Of a stretch of 64,000 nt of DNA, positions 50,329 through 61,624 are shown one piece after another (the stretch's first letter is position 1; every line of letters starts with the position of its first letter). A program made the translations under genes and the position numbers. Source of the DNA: Candidatus Altimarinota bacterium (GTDB lineage: Bacteria; Patescibacteriota; Gracilibacteria; UBA1369; GCA-2718715). A model generated the notes under the pieces. The model did not search any database. It saw only the letters and a program-made list of their open reading frames with translations, and was not told the origin of the DNA. The stretch spans positions 603,449 through 667,448 of the forward strand of contig JBESAV010000001.1 of the NCBI GenBank assembly GCA_041242255.1, in the 5' to 3' direction.

Positions 50329-51224
50329 ATCTCCACCCTAAACCCAGCCGCCTTTTTATGTCCACCTCCCTCAAAGAGTTGGGCTATTTTACTTACATCA
50401 AAATAATCATTATTTGACCTCACAGAAAACTTCATATTATTCTCTGAAGTTTCAACACCAAGAAGAGCAATATTCTTCTCCTCAACTTGATTCAAATAAT
50501 CTATGACTTTTTTTACTTCAGTTTCTGAGCAGTTCATCTCTTTCAATTCCTCAGAGCTTATAATACACGATAAAACACCATTTTTATTCACTTTCATTCT
50601 TTTGAAAATCACACCAAACATCCTTAGATTTCTAACACTGTTTTTCTTAAACAGTAAATAGTTCAACCTTTGAATATCCACTCCATTCCTAACCAGCTCT
50701 CCAACCACCCTTAATGTCTCAGCTGAAGTATTGTCATGTGATAAACCACCAGTATCAAACAAGATTCCAGCCATCAAAAAGACGGAAATTCCATTTGTTA
50801 ATTCAAGGTCAAACTGCTCATATAATTTAAATATAATCTCACAAGTAGAGCTTACATCAAGAACCAAGTTTAAGTCACCAAAACCAGTATGTGAAGCGTG
50901 ATGATCTACGCTAATTATCGTCTTTCCCTGTAGAGAAGATTTACCTAAACCAGAAACACTAATAGAACTACAATCCACAAAAACAACTAGATCACATTCA
51001 TCCGAAATTTTTTTATCACAATCAATTCCTTTCCCAAAAATCAAATCTAAAGTCTCATCAAACTCATCTACACAAACTAGTTTCACACTCTTATCATAAG
51101 CCTCTTCCAGCAAATACTGCATAGTTAGCATACTCCCAACACAGTCGGCATCTGGACTTTTGTGACCTACAACACATATATTTTTAGACTCACTTACCAG
51201 TTTGGTAAAAACACTAAGCTCCAT
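50325..51224 (-). CDS. nrnA: DHH/DHHA1 family phosphoesterase (NrnA-like oligoribonuclease/pAp phosphatase)
   Basis: 299 aa. HKSPDADCVGS, DHH in SVDHHASH and the DHHA1 motif GGGHKKAAG. Confidence 0.85.
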   Translation of the reverse strand: MELSVFTKLVSESKNICVVGHKSPDADCVGSMLTMQYLLEEAYDKSVKLVCVDEFDETLDLIFGKGIDCDKKISDECDLVVFVDCSSISVSGLGKSSLQGKTIISVDHHASHTGFGDLNLVLDVSSTCEIIFKLYEQFDLELTNGISVFLMAGILFDTGGLSHDNTSAETLRVVGELVRNGVDIQRLNYLLFKKNSVRNLRMFGVIFKRMKVNKNGVLSCIISSEELKEMNCSETEVKKVIDYLNQVEEKNIALLGVETSENNMKFSVRSNNDYFDVSKIAQLFEGGGHKKAAGFRVEI

Positions 51225-51225
51225 A

Positions 51226-52959
51226 TTATTTCTTAATAGCTTTTACAAAATCTTTGTAGGGTAATGCATTCAACACGTCAGTTTTCTTAACCCAACCTCT
51301 TTTAGCATACTTAACACCTAGCTTCATCAACTCTAAACCATCAACATTATGTGCATCAGTAGTTATGGCAAACTTAAGACCATATTCGTGTATTCCTTCA
51401 TAAACTTGCTGGTAAGGTGTATCCAATCTTAATGGCTGACCATTTATCTCTAAGAAAGTGTTGTATTCCTTACACAGCTTAAAAATTTTTTTCCAATCCA
51501 AATCATTTCCCTTCCTTTTACCAATAAGCCTAGTAGTAGGATGCCCGATCATGTTCACAAACGGATTCTTGATTGCTGCTTCAATTCTCTCTTGAAAGTT
51601 ATTTTCTAATCCTACGTGGATAGATGCAATTACAAAATCAAACTCACCTAAAACATCATCACTGTAATCAATACTTCCATCAGCCAAAATATCAACTTCT
51701 GTCCCAAATAGTATTGGAAAGTCTAGGCCTTTAGAAACTTTCTCAATCTCTTGTTTTTTTTCTTTCAAAGCTTTTTCATCTAATCCATTTGCCACAGCTA
51801 AGTTTGGCGAATGATCAGTGATTGCAATATATTCATACCCTAGTTCCATGGCCTTTTTTGCCATATCTTCAATGCTATTCTGACCATCGGAGTAAGTCGA
51901 ATGGCAATGCAATTCACCTTTTATATCGCTTACATCAATTAACTCGGGAATCTTACCTTCCAAAGCTAAATCAATCTCTCTATTACCTTGTCTGATCTCT
52001 GGTGGAATAAACTGCATCCCTAGTACTTCATACACATCCTTCTCTTCTCTACCACCAACTTTTATCTCTTTCTCACCCTCTAGTTTAAAGATACCGTATT
52101 CATTAATCTTATAATTTTCTTTTTTTGCTAATGTTCTTAAAACAACATTATGTGATTGGCTTCCTGTAAAGTACTGCAGCGCAGCCCCAAACTCATCCTC
52201 TGAAACAACCCTAAGATCAATTTGAACTCCCGAATGTAATCTACCTGTTATCTTGGTATCACCCGAAACTTCAACCTGCATCAAAAAGTCTTGCTCTTCG
52301 AAAAAGCTCAACACATCTTTTCTATCTTCATCTTTACAACTAACCAGTATATCAATATCACCAATAGTTTCTTTACCTCTTCTAGCAGACCCAGCAATCT
52401 CTACTCTTAAACTTTTGGGATGAGTTAACATTATTTGCTTAATATCTTCCAAGTCACTGAATATAACTCCAAGAGGAGTCCTTTTAGAATACTCTTCATG
52501 ATGCTTTAAACTTTCCAGAATCTTTTCAGAGCTTTTCTTTCCCATTCCTTTTAGTCCAGCAATACTTCCATCTTCAAGACCTTTTTTTAATTTATCAATA
52601 TTGTCAATTCCTAATTCTTTATAAAATTTCTTAACTTTTTTAGGACCAAGATTTTTAATTTCAAGCATATCCAATAATCCTTGTGGAACATTTTTTTTAA
52701 GTTCCTGTAACTCTTTTATTTCTCTTGTTTTTAGATATTCAACAATCTTGTGCTCAATAGCATCTCCAATACCTGGAATCTTTTCCTTCATATGTTCTTC
52801 TTCCAGGTCAACATATTCAGAAATATCTTTGGGCAAATTCCTAAGAATTTCAGAAACCTTGTTGTATGAGCGAACTCTAAAGAAATCATTTTTAGCATCA
52901 CGAATCTCATGTATATGAGCAAAAGTATCAAAAATCTTAGCTAATTCCTCATTTATCAT
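51226..52959 (-). CDS. polX: family X DNA polymerase with C-terminal PHP domain
   Basis: 577 aa. HhH motifs, the nucleotidyltransferase segment GSARRGKETIGDIDIL and PHP motifs HCHSTYSDG and ITDH. Confidence 0.92.
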   Translation of the reverse strand: MINEELAKIFDTFAHIHEIRDAKNDFFRVRSYNKVSEILRNLPKDISEYVDLEEEHMKEKIPGIGDAIEHKIVEYLKTREIKELQELKKNVPQGLLDMLEIKNLGPKKVKKFYKELGIDNIDKLKKGLEDGSIAGLKGMGKKSSEKILESLKHHEEYSKRTPLGVIFSDLEDIKQIMLTHPKSLRVEIAGSARRGKETIGDIDILVSCKDEDRKDVLSFFEEQDFLMQVEVSGDTKITGRLHSGVQIDLRVVSEDEFGAALQYFTGSQSHNVVLRTLAKKENYKINEYGIFKLEGEKEIKVGGREEKDVYEVLGMQFIPPEIRQGNREIDLALEGKIPELIDVSDIKGELHCHSTYSDGQNSIEDMAKKAMELGYEYIAITDHSPNLAVANGLDEKALKEKKQEIEKVSKGLDFPILFGTEVDILADGSIDYSDDVLGEFDFVIASIHVGLENNFQERIEAAIKNPFVNMIGHPTTRLIGKRKGNDLDWKKIFKLCKEYNTFLEINGQPLRLDTPYQQVYEGIHEYGLKFAITTDAHNVDGLELMKLGVKYAKRGWVKKTDVLNALPYKDFVKAIKK

Positions 52960-52986
52960 ACTAATAGTTAAACTAAGTACAACATA

Positions 52987-54945
52987 CTAAATTCCTTGCA
53001 ACTTTGTCTTCATAAAAGCAAATATAGGCTTGCGAAAATAAAAAGCTATGCTTCCTGACAAAAAGTAAATTAAAATATAGACCCAAAAAATATTAAAAGT
53101 TTCATCACTCTCAACATCCTTAATAAAACCTAAGGGGACCTTTTGTTCAGTTTCAATCTTAGCAATTTTCAAAAGCTCACCTTCAAGATACTCATATTCA
53201 ACTTCATCACCAACCACAAATTCACCTTCAAGATCATCATAGATAAAGTCAGCCCCAGAAATATTAATAAGCTGATTCACTATGTCTAATTCTTTTATAT
53301 ACCCAATATCATTTTTAATAATAGGATTCGCCTGACTTTTACTTATGTACTTAGTCCAAGTCCACTCACCAAGGTCAGCATAAGACTGACCTTCAATTGA
53401 TTTACCATATTCTAATTTCTGGATTACTTTTCCTCCTCCATCAATTATTTCTACAGTACCACCAGAATTTGAAAAACCTGTAACCTCAACTACTAAGTAG
53501 TCAGATGACTCTACATTCATTCCATCAAGCTTTACGGTTTTATTATTGAGACCAATACTCCAACCATTAAGCTCCAAATCACCTTCACCATAGTTATACA
53601 GCTCTATCCACTCATTCCCAGAATCTTTTCCCTCAGGATTAGGCAAAATTTCACTTATACTAATATCTGAATATTTCATATAATTTTTTTCTGATAAATC
53701 CTCATCCTCACTTAATTCTTTTGTATCCTCTTTAATTTCTTCAGAAAGATTACTTATTTGCATTTGATAAGTCTGTCCACTTTCTGAATTTTCATACTTT
53801 ATCTCTTCAACCAGTTCACCATCCTTAAATAATCTTACCGAATCTCCAGAATTATTTAGACCAATTCCACTCAAAGAATTATAAATTTCAACTTCTTGAC
53901 CAGCCTCAAAAAACACCTCACTTAGATCAAACTCAGCACTTTGACCCTCTGAGTCATCTAACACCCAACCAGCACCATATCCATCAACATCTGAAATATT
54001 TCTTAATCTAATCCACTCGTTTCCAGTGTCTGAACCTTCTGGATTCGCAATAAAGTCAACAATTTTTAGATCCAATATAGCAACATCCTCAAAATCATCA
54101 TCAACCTCCTCAACTACCTCCTCCTCAGTCACAATTTCATCAGCACTCCCTTCAGAGGAAGAAATCTCAGGTAGAACAGATACAAATAAATTAGTCGTAT
54201 CTTTTTTCCCAAGGGAATTCATAACCTGCAATTCAACTACATAATTACCAACATTATCAAAGCTTACAGCAGCAGGATTTTCTTTGTCTGATAATTCACC
54301 ATTACCAAAATCCCATTTGAATTCTAAATCCAATCCATTCGGATCCAAGCTAGAGCTCCCATCTAAATTTATAGCCACCTCTCCATACCCCACAGTTTCA
54401 CCAGTTTGGATTTCAATTTTAGCCTCTGGTTCACTAATGTCATTAATATTTTTATCTCCTGGAGTATCTTCAACTATAAGTATCCAATCATTTTCAAGAT
54501 AATTCAGTCTTCCAACGTGCGTTCCATCTTCTATATTTTCTGAATTAAAACATTCACCAAGTCCAAAACTCTCAAACGCTTCAACTTCCTCAATCTCATT
54601 TTTACTCACCTCTTCAGATTTCCAACAAAAGCCATCAATTAACTCATTTCCATAGTAAATCAAAATTTGCTCAGTAGTACTAACAAGATCTTTTTCTATC
54701 ACATTATATTTATCTAAAGTCTGTCCCTCATAAACATTTTTGCCATCTATTATCACGCTTACAAGATTAGCATCAACATCCTCAGGTCTATTAACAAAAA
54801 ATTCCAAATAATCACCATCATCATAGTCAAAATTAATCTCACTTAAACCTATATAAGTTTTGCTAGGTAGTTCAACACTGCAGGCTAAAGTAAAGCTACT
54901 TTGAAAACACATAATCCCGATAAGTCCAATCAAAATTCTCTTCAT
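52987..54945 (-). CDS. secreted protein with PKD domain and lamin-tail (LTD) domains, C-terminal TM anchor
   Basis: 652 aa with a signal peptide. PKD segment EFKWDFGNGELSDKENP...YVVELQV. LTD signatures NPEGSDTGNEWIRLRN and NPEGKDSGNEWIELYN. C-terminal hydrophobic helix. Confidence 0.75.
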   Translation of the reverse strand: MKRILIGLIGIMCFQSSFTLACSVELPSKTYIGLSEINFDYDDGDYLEFFVNRPEDVDANLVSVIIDGKNVYEGQTLDKYNVIEKDLVSTTEQILIYYGNELIDGFCWKSEEVSKNEIEEVEAFESFGLGECFNSENIEDGTHVGRLNYLENDWILIVEDTPGDKNINDISEPEAKIEIQTGETVGYGEVAINLDGSSSLDPNGLDLEFKWDFGNGELSDKENPAAVSFDNVGNYVVELQVMNSLGKKDTTNLFVSVLPEISSSEGSADEIVTEEEVVEEVDDDFEDVAILDLKIVDFIANPEGSDTGNEWIRLRNISDVDGYGAGWVLDDSEGQSAEFDLSEVFFEAGQEVEIYNSLSGIGLNNSGDSVRLFKDGELVEEIKYENSESGQTYQMQISNLSEEIKEDTKELSEDEDLSEKNYMKYSDISISEILPNPEGKDSGNEWIELYNYGEGDLELNGWSIGLNNKTVKLDGMNVESSDYLVVEVTGFSNSGGTVEIIDGGGKVIQKLEYGKSIEGQSYADLGEWTWTKYISKSQANPIIKNDIGYIKELDIVNQLINISGADFIYDDLEGEFVVGDEVEYEYLEGELLKIAKIETEQKVPLGFIKDVESDETFNIFWVYILIYFLSGSIAFYFRKPIFAFMKTKLQGI

Positions 54946-55011
54946 ATAATACTAAAATTAGATACTTATCAAACATACTCAAACCACTTTACCAAAATAA
55001 AAAAACCTTAG

Positions 55012-55040
55012 TTGACCATATGTGCAAAACTATTTAAACT
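55012..55040 (+). promoter_or_regulatory. candidate promoter upstream of rny
   Basis: TTGACC, 17 nt spacer, TAAACT, about 95 nt before the rny ATG. Confidence 0.4.
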
Positions 55041-55134
55041 AAATCTGACCTTTGTGGAGCGATTGCAACGATTTCTGAAAAAACAAAAATGATACAAACA
55101 GCTTCGTAAGGGCGTAGTACCCTAAACCAAAACT

Positions 55135-56652
55135 ATGGAAACTTTATATATGATAATCGCGGGTATTGCTGGCTTGATTTTTGGTGGTTTCGTTACTTAT
55201 AAAATGTTAACAAACAAGCACAAAAGCCTCGCAGCAAAATCTGATGAAATTATACAAGACGCAAAGAAAAAAGCTCAGCAACAGATAGCTGAAGCCAAAA
55301 AACAACGTGATCAAATGCTCAAAGAAATAAGAAAAAAAGAGCAAGATAAAAGAAATGATTTAAGAAACAATGAAAGCCGACTCATCAAAAAAGAAAACGA
55401 GTTAGAAGAAAAGATTGAACAAATAGACCACAAAAGAGAAAAACTAGAGCAAGAGCTAAAAACTATCGAATCTCAAAAGAAAGATTTAAACTCAAAAGTT
55501 CAAGAGCAGCAAAAAGAACTAGAAAGAATCGCTTCACTAAGTAAAACGGATGCACAACAAGAATTAATAAAAAAGGTAGAACAAGAATTCAACCCCGATC
55601 TAGTTAAGTATGTTAAAGACCTAGAGGAAAAAGCCAAGAAAGAAGCCAATGAAAAAGCCAAAGCTATCATGGTTTCAGCTATGCAAAAATATGCTGCTGA
55701 AACAGCATCTGAAAGCACAGCTACAATAGTACAACTTCCATCTGATGAAATGAAAGGACGAATCATCGGGCGTGAGGGTCGAAACATCAACACCTTCGAA
55801 CACATGACCGGAGTTGATGTAATTGTAGACGATACTCCAGGAACAGTTATAATTGCCGGTTTTGATTTGATGAGAAGGTATATTGCAAAAGTATCACTAG
55901 AAAGGCTAGTAACTGATGGAAGAATCCATCCAGGTCGAATCGAAGAGGTTGTAGCCAAAGTAGAATCTGAGGTCGAACATCTTGTTAAAGATTTAGGTGA
56001 GAAAGCAGCGTACGAAGTAGGTGTTGTAGGTTTACCATCAGATATGATCAGACTTCTTGGGAAATTGAAATTCAAAACTTCTTATGGACAGAATCTCCTC
56101 AAACAATCTGTAGAGATAGCGAACCTATCAGGAATAATGGCTTCACAAATAGGAGCTGACGCTTCTTTAGCTAAAAAGGCTGGTTTACTTCATGCTATTG
56201 GAAGATCAGTTGATCATGAAGTATCTGGAAACTTCTTCCAAATAGGAGCAGATATTTGTAAAAAATATGGTTTATCTGAGAAACTAACAAAAATCATTGA
56301 AAACATGCAAGACATGCATGATCAGACTTCAGCAGAGGGAGCTATTGTTGAGTCTGCTTATCAGATCTCATGTAACAGACCAGGGGTAGATAAAACTAAT
56401 CTAGAGTCATTTATAAAAAGAATGGAGGAGCTAGAAAACATTGCTAAATCATTTGAAGGAGTAACAGGTGCTTACGCTGTTCACACAGGAAACGAAGTCC
56501 GAGTAATAGTTGATTCTGAGAAAATTGATGATCTAAAAACTATTAAACTATCTCATCAGATAGCTAAAAAAATAGAAGAAGACACGCAATTTAGCGGTCT
56601 TGTAAAAGTAACAGTACTAAGAGAGCGTAGAATAGAAGCTATCGCAGAATAA
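55135..56652 (+). CDS. rny: ribonuclease Y
   Basis: 505 aa. N-terminal TM helix, Lys/Glu coiled coil, KH motif GRIIGREGRNI and an HD domain. Confidence 0.93.
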   Translation: METLYMIIAGIAGLIFGGFVTYKMLTNKHKSLAAKSDEIIQDAKKKAQQQIAEAKKQRDQMLKEIRKKEQDKRNDLRNNESRLIKKENELEEKIEQIDHKREKLEQELKTIESQKKDLNSKVQEQQKELERIASLSKTDAQQELIKKVEQEFNPDLVKYVKDLEEKAKKEANEKAKAIMVSAMQKYAAETASESTATIVQLPSDEMKGRIIGREGRNINTFEHMTGVDVIVDDTPGTVIIAGFDLMRRYIAKVSLERLVTDGRIHPGRIEEVVAKVESEVEHLVKDLGEKAAYEVGVVGLPSDMIRLLGKLKFKTSYGQNLLKQSVEIANLSGIMASQIGADASLAKKAGLLHAIGRSVDHEVSGNFFQIGADICKKYGLSEKLTKIIENMQDMHDQTSAEGAIVESAYQISCNRPGVDKTNLESFIKRMEELENIAKSFEGVTGAYAVHTGNEVRVIVDSEKIDDLKTIKLSHQIAKKIEEDTQFSGLVKVTVLRERRIEAIAE

Positions 56653-56675
56653 CTAAGTTAACAGAATTATATAAA

Positions 56676-56702
56676 TTAGCACTTCAGGTTGAGGAGTGCT
56701 AT
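56676..56702 (+). promoter_or_regulatory. CIRCE (HrcA operator) upstream of groES-groEL
   Basis: TTAGCACTT-N9-GAGTGCTAT, two deviations from consensus, 44 nt before the groES ATG. Confidence 0.8.
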
Positions 56703-56745
56703 TTTTCATGATAATTTTTAGTCATCACAATTTAACATATATGAT

Positions 56746-57042
56746 ATGTCGAAACTTATACCATTAAGTGACTTCATTGTTGTAAAGCCATCAGGTGGTC
56801 AAGAAAAAACAGCATCTGGTATTTATATTCCAGATTCAGCAAGTAAAGAGAAACCACAAGAAGGTGAAATTCTTGCAGTTGGACCAGGTCGAAAAAATGA
56901 GGACGGTTCAAGACAATCAATGGATCTAGAAGTAGGGGACATAGTTATGTTCAAAAAATACGCCCCAGATGAATTCAAAAAAGACGGACAAGATTTACTT
57001 GTTTTGAGAGAAACCGATGTTATCGCAAAACTACAAAAATAA
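56746..57042 (+). CDS. groES: co-chaperonin GroES
   Basis: 98 aa. PLSDFIVVKP...TASGIYIP...GEILAVGPG. Confidence 0.95.
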   Translation: MSKLIPLSDFIVVKPSGGQEKTASGIYIPDSASKEKPQEGEILAVGPGRKNEDGSRQSMDLEVGDIVMFKKYAPDEFKKDGQDLLVLRETDVIAKLQK

Positions 57043-57056
57043 TCTAACTCTAATAA

Positions 57057-58691
<1,635 letters not shown>

Positions 58692-58717
58692 AAGAGTACA
58701 TAAAAGCAATACTTCCT

Positions 58718-58746
58718 AAACACCTAGTAAATGCTGGGTGTTTTTA
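58718..58746 (+). terminator. intrinsic terminator after groEL
   Basis: AAACACCTAGtaaatgCTGGGTGTTTtt. Confidence 0.65.
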
Positions 58747-58799
58747 AAATACAATTGACTACTTTTAAAGCCTAATATAATATCTCACCACAAACACAT

Positions 58800-58874
58800 T
58801 GGGGTATGGCCAAGTGGTAAGGCAGCGGATTTTGGTTCCGCCATTCGGGGGTTCGAATCCCTCTACCCCAGCCA
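58800..58874 (+). tRNA. trnQ: tRNA-Gln(UUG)
   Basis: U1:A72 acceptor pair, anticodon loop TTTTGGT, T-loop TTCGAAT, encoded CCA. Confidence 0.9.
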
Positions 58875-58957
58875 TTTACTTCCTATGTAGGGAGTTTTTG
58901 TTTTACAAGTAAATATTTTTTGGTTATTAATTAGTTAGATAAAATAACCAAAAAGCA

Positions 58958-59629
58958 GTGGTTAAAAAGTTATCTAATACCAGATCAACAGAAGTTGCAG
59001 CCAAATTATGGGATCTCAATGCCCAAGCTTCTTTTGAGAATGGTCAAATTAAAGGCTATGATCTTCTCAGGTCTCAAGAAGAATTAGCAGAATCAATTCA
59101 AGATCAACAAGTAAAACAAGAAATTAAATCTATCAGTAAAGATATATCCAGCTCAATCAATGAAGTTACCCTATCCAAGCAACCTGATGGTGTCGGAGGA
59201 CTTTATAACAAATATCAAGAAATTCACCTCAATCAAAACCTAATCAACTTTTCTCAAAGAAGATCAGGTCAATCCATCAATGATTCAATCAAAGAAACCT
59301 CTGAAAGAATCCAACACGTCTATCAGCATGAGAATCAACATGCAGAACAAAACGACCACCAAGCACTTCGTTTACCAAAAGATGGTCTTCTTTTGGGTGG
59401 GGTACTACTCTCTGCAACTGAACTAATCGAAGGATCAAACATGCATATAACAGGAACTCATTCCTCTAATGGAAAACAATTAGTATCAAATGATTACTTG
59501 GCTATATACAAAAAATTTCAAAAAGCCCTAGCCAACTCAGGTCATTCTATCAACAAAGTTCTAAAATCATTACAAGACAGAGACATTACTCATTTAGATG
59601 ATAGGTTTACAGACCAATTCGCTGCCTAA
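58958..59629 (+). CDS. hypothetical protein
   Basis: 223-aa ORF with GTG start, Gln/Ser-rich, no secure domain. Confidence 0.45.
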   Translation: MVKKLSNTRSTEVAAKLWDLNAQASFENGQIKGYDLLRSQEELAESIQDQQVKQEIKSISKDISSSINEVTLSKQPDGVGGLYNKYQEIHLNQNLINFSQRRSGQSINDSIKETSERIQHVYQHENQHAEQNDHQALRLPKDGLLLGGVLLSATELIEGSNMHITGTHSSNGKQLVSNDYLAIYKKFQKALANSGHSINKVLKSLQDRDITHLDDRFTDQFAA

Positions 59630-60431
59630 ATTTATCAACCATTTTTCTTATCTCTGTATGCTCATTAGGTGCAACAGGTATGTATTCCTCGTCTCCTATT
59701 TTTAGGTTACCATCAACACCACTTTGATCTACTAATGCCGAGTGAGTGGCATGTCTACCATCTTCAGTCCTGGCACTTAGTTTTACCACATGTGTAGCTC
59801 TTGCCATTATATCTCCAACATTCACATTTCTCACAAATTCCTCAGCTCCAATCAACGATGCAACAGATTTCAAAATCTTATATTGAAGCTCTTTTCGTAT
59901 TCTACCTAGTTCAAAAGGTCTCGCCATAAAGTCAGTATCTATACCAGAAACAACAACGTGAGCCCCATCCAACCTCAAGCTTTCAATAACCTCCACGATT
60001 TCACCATCATAAAACTGAACTTCATCAATAAAAACTATTGCATCTGATAAATCATAGTTGTTTTCTTGAAAGTAATACAATATCTCTCTGGCCATTTCAT
60101 TTTTAACAGCTTCAATACTTTCACCCTTATATTCTCTACTACGTATATTCTCATCACGAGTATCAGCCGAAGGCTTAAAATAAAAAACCTTTCTTTGCTC
60201 TAAGTCTTCAGACATTGTCTCACGAAACTTAAAAAAAAAAGAACTCTTCCCAGAGCGCATAGGTCCCGTTATAAAAGTCACTGTACCACCTTCAAGAGAG
60301 AAGTGCTCTTTAAGACAGTCTATTATATGTTCTACTCTTGTAGTTTTTGACTCCTGATGAGCCAAGCGAACTTCCGCTCTAAATTCATTAAATTTAACCA
60401 TCATATAATTTACATCCACAATAATATACAC
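59607..60431 (-). CDS. thymidine kinase-like P-loop protein (atypical)
   Basis: 274 aa. Walker A GPMRSGKS, Walker B/acceptor region FIDEVQFYD and VVVSGIDTDFMARPF follow the TK1-type layout. It has an N-terminal ~45-aa extension and no Cys zinc ribbon. Confidence 0.65.
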   Translation of the reverse strand: MYIIVDVNYMMVKFNEFRAEVRLAHQESKTTRVEHIIDCLKEHFSLEGGTVTFITGPMRSGKSSFFFKFRETMSEDLEQRKVFYFKPSADTRDENIRSREYKGESIEAVKNEMAREILYYFQENNYDLSDAIVFIDEVQFYDGEIVEVIESLRLDGAHVVVSGIDTDFMARPFELGRIRKELQYKILKSVASLIGAEEFVRNVNVGDIMARATHVVKLSARTEDGRHATHSALVDQSGVDGNLKIGDEEYIPVAPNEHTEIRKMVDKFRQRIGL

Positions 60432-60518
60432 CTCAAAATTTATCTAAAAACTTAAAACACAAAATCTATAGTGAAAAACTTGTCAAAATTTGGTATAATT
60501 AAATGATTAACACCAAAC

Positions 60519-61586
60519 ATGAACTACTTAAAAGAGCAGTTTACATTAATTCAAGAAAGCCAAATCTGGCAAAGCTTCGCTGCACAATACACAACAAGCC
60601 TTGTACTATTCGTCCTAACCTGGTTTTTATTAAAACTTATAAAGGTAAATATAATTACAAAGCTTTATAATTCAGCACAAGTTAGCCGTTACAAGTACGA
60701 TAACCTAGTAACAAATATCCTAAATGACATTACAACCTTTACTTATCTTGTTGTAAGTTTTTATGTTGCCTCTTTTCCAGTCCAACTATCAGAAAAATCA
60801 ACTCTAATCATCCAAGGACTATTACTTTTCAGTCTTGTATTAGAGATATCTCGTGCCTCTACTAAAACAGTAGACTTCTACTTTAGGCAAAAGCACCAAA
60901 GGTACACCAAGCATCAAAAAACCAATGTAAACGCAATCAAGAAAATCATTCAAATTTTCTTATTCACATTCGGAGTTCTAGCTATAATCGACAATCTAGG
61001 TTTCGATATAACTACCTTAGTAGCTTCATTAGGTATAGGTGGTATTGCTGTCGCCCTTGCTGCTCAAAGCATATTGGGAGATCTATTTAGTTCAGTCGCC
61101 ATATATCTAGACAGACCGTTTGAAGTTGGTGATTTCATTAAGATCAATGAAGAAATAAAAGGTAAAATCAAATCAATCGGTATTAAATCAACTAGACTTA
61201 AAGGACCAAAAGGTCAAGAAATCATTATCTCCAACAACAATCTAACCTCAGCCTTCGTCCAAAACACAGGCCGAATCAACAAGCGCCGGGTCAAAATAAT
61301 CTTAGGCGTAGACTACAAAACCCCAGATAAAACCCTTGCTAACATTCCAGCAATCCTTGAAAAAATAGTAGATTCAGTTGAAAACACTGAATTTAAACTA
61401 GCTTTCGTAAAAGAGTTAGGAGATTTCAGTATAAACTATAAATTTGTATATAATGTGCTAACCGGTAAGTATGCAGACTATACAAAAGCTCACAACGAAA
61501 TCATGTTACAGATCAAGAAGGAATTCGATAAGAAAAACATCGTACTAAGTTACCCTACTCAAACAATTATCATCGAAAAAAATTAA
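60519..61586 (+). CDS. MscS-family mechanosensitive channel
   Basis: 355 aa. TM helices then the pore-lining GIGGIAVALAAQSILGDLFSS and beta-domain PFEVGDFIKI. Confidence 0.88.
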   Translation: MNYLKEQFTLIQESQIWQSFAAQYTTSLVLFVLTWFLLKLIKVNIITKLYNSAQVSRYKYDNLVTNILNDITTFTYLVVSFYVASFPVQLSEKSTLIIQGLLLFSLVLEISRASTKTVDFYFRQKHQRYTKHQKTNVNAIKKIIQIFLFTFGVLAIIDNLGFDITTLVASLGIGGIAVALAAQSILGDLFSSVAIYLDRPFEVGDFIKINEEIKGKIKSIGIKSTRLKGPKGQEIIISNNNLTSAFVQNTGRINKRRVKIILGVDYKTPDKTLANIPAILEKIVDSVENTEFKLAFVKELGDFSINYKFVYNVLTGKYADYTKAHNEIMLQIKKEFDKKNIVLSYPTQTIIIEKN

Positions 61587-61624
61587 TTCATATGCTAGTC
61601 TGTAGCCACTTTTAAACTAACTAA

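Noticed and set aside
58958-59629. HExxH-like string (HENQH) in the 223-aa hypothetical protein, considered as a zinc metalloprotease signature
   Set aside because: The motif sits in a Gln/His-rich low-complexity context (QHVYQHENQHAEQNDHQ) with no downstream third ligand pattern. It is most likely chance.
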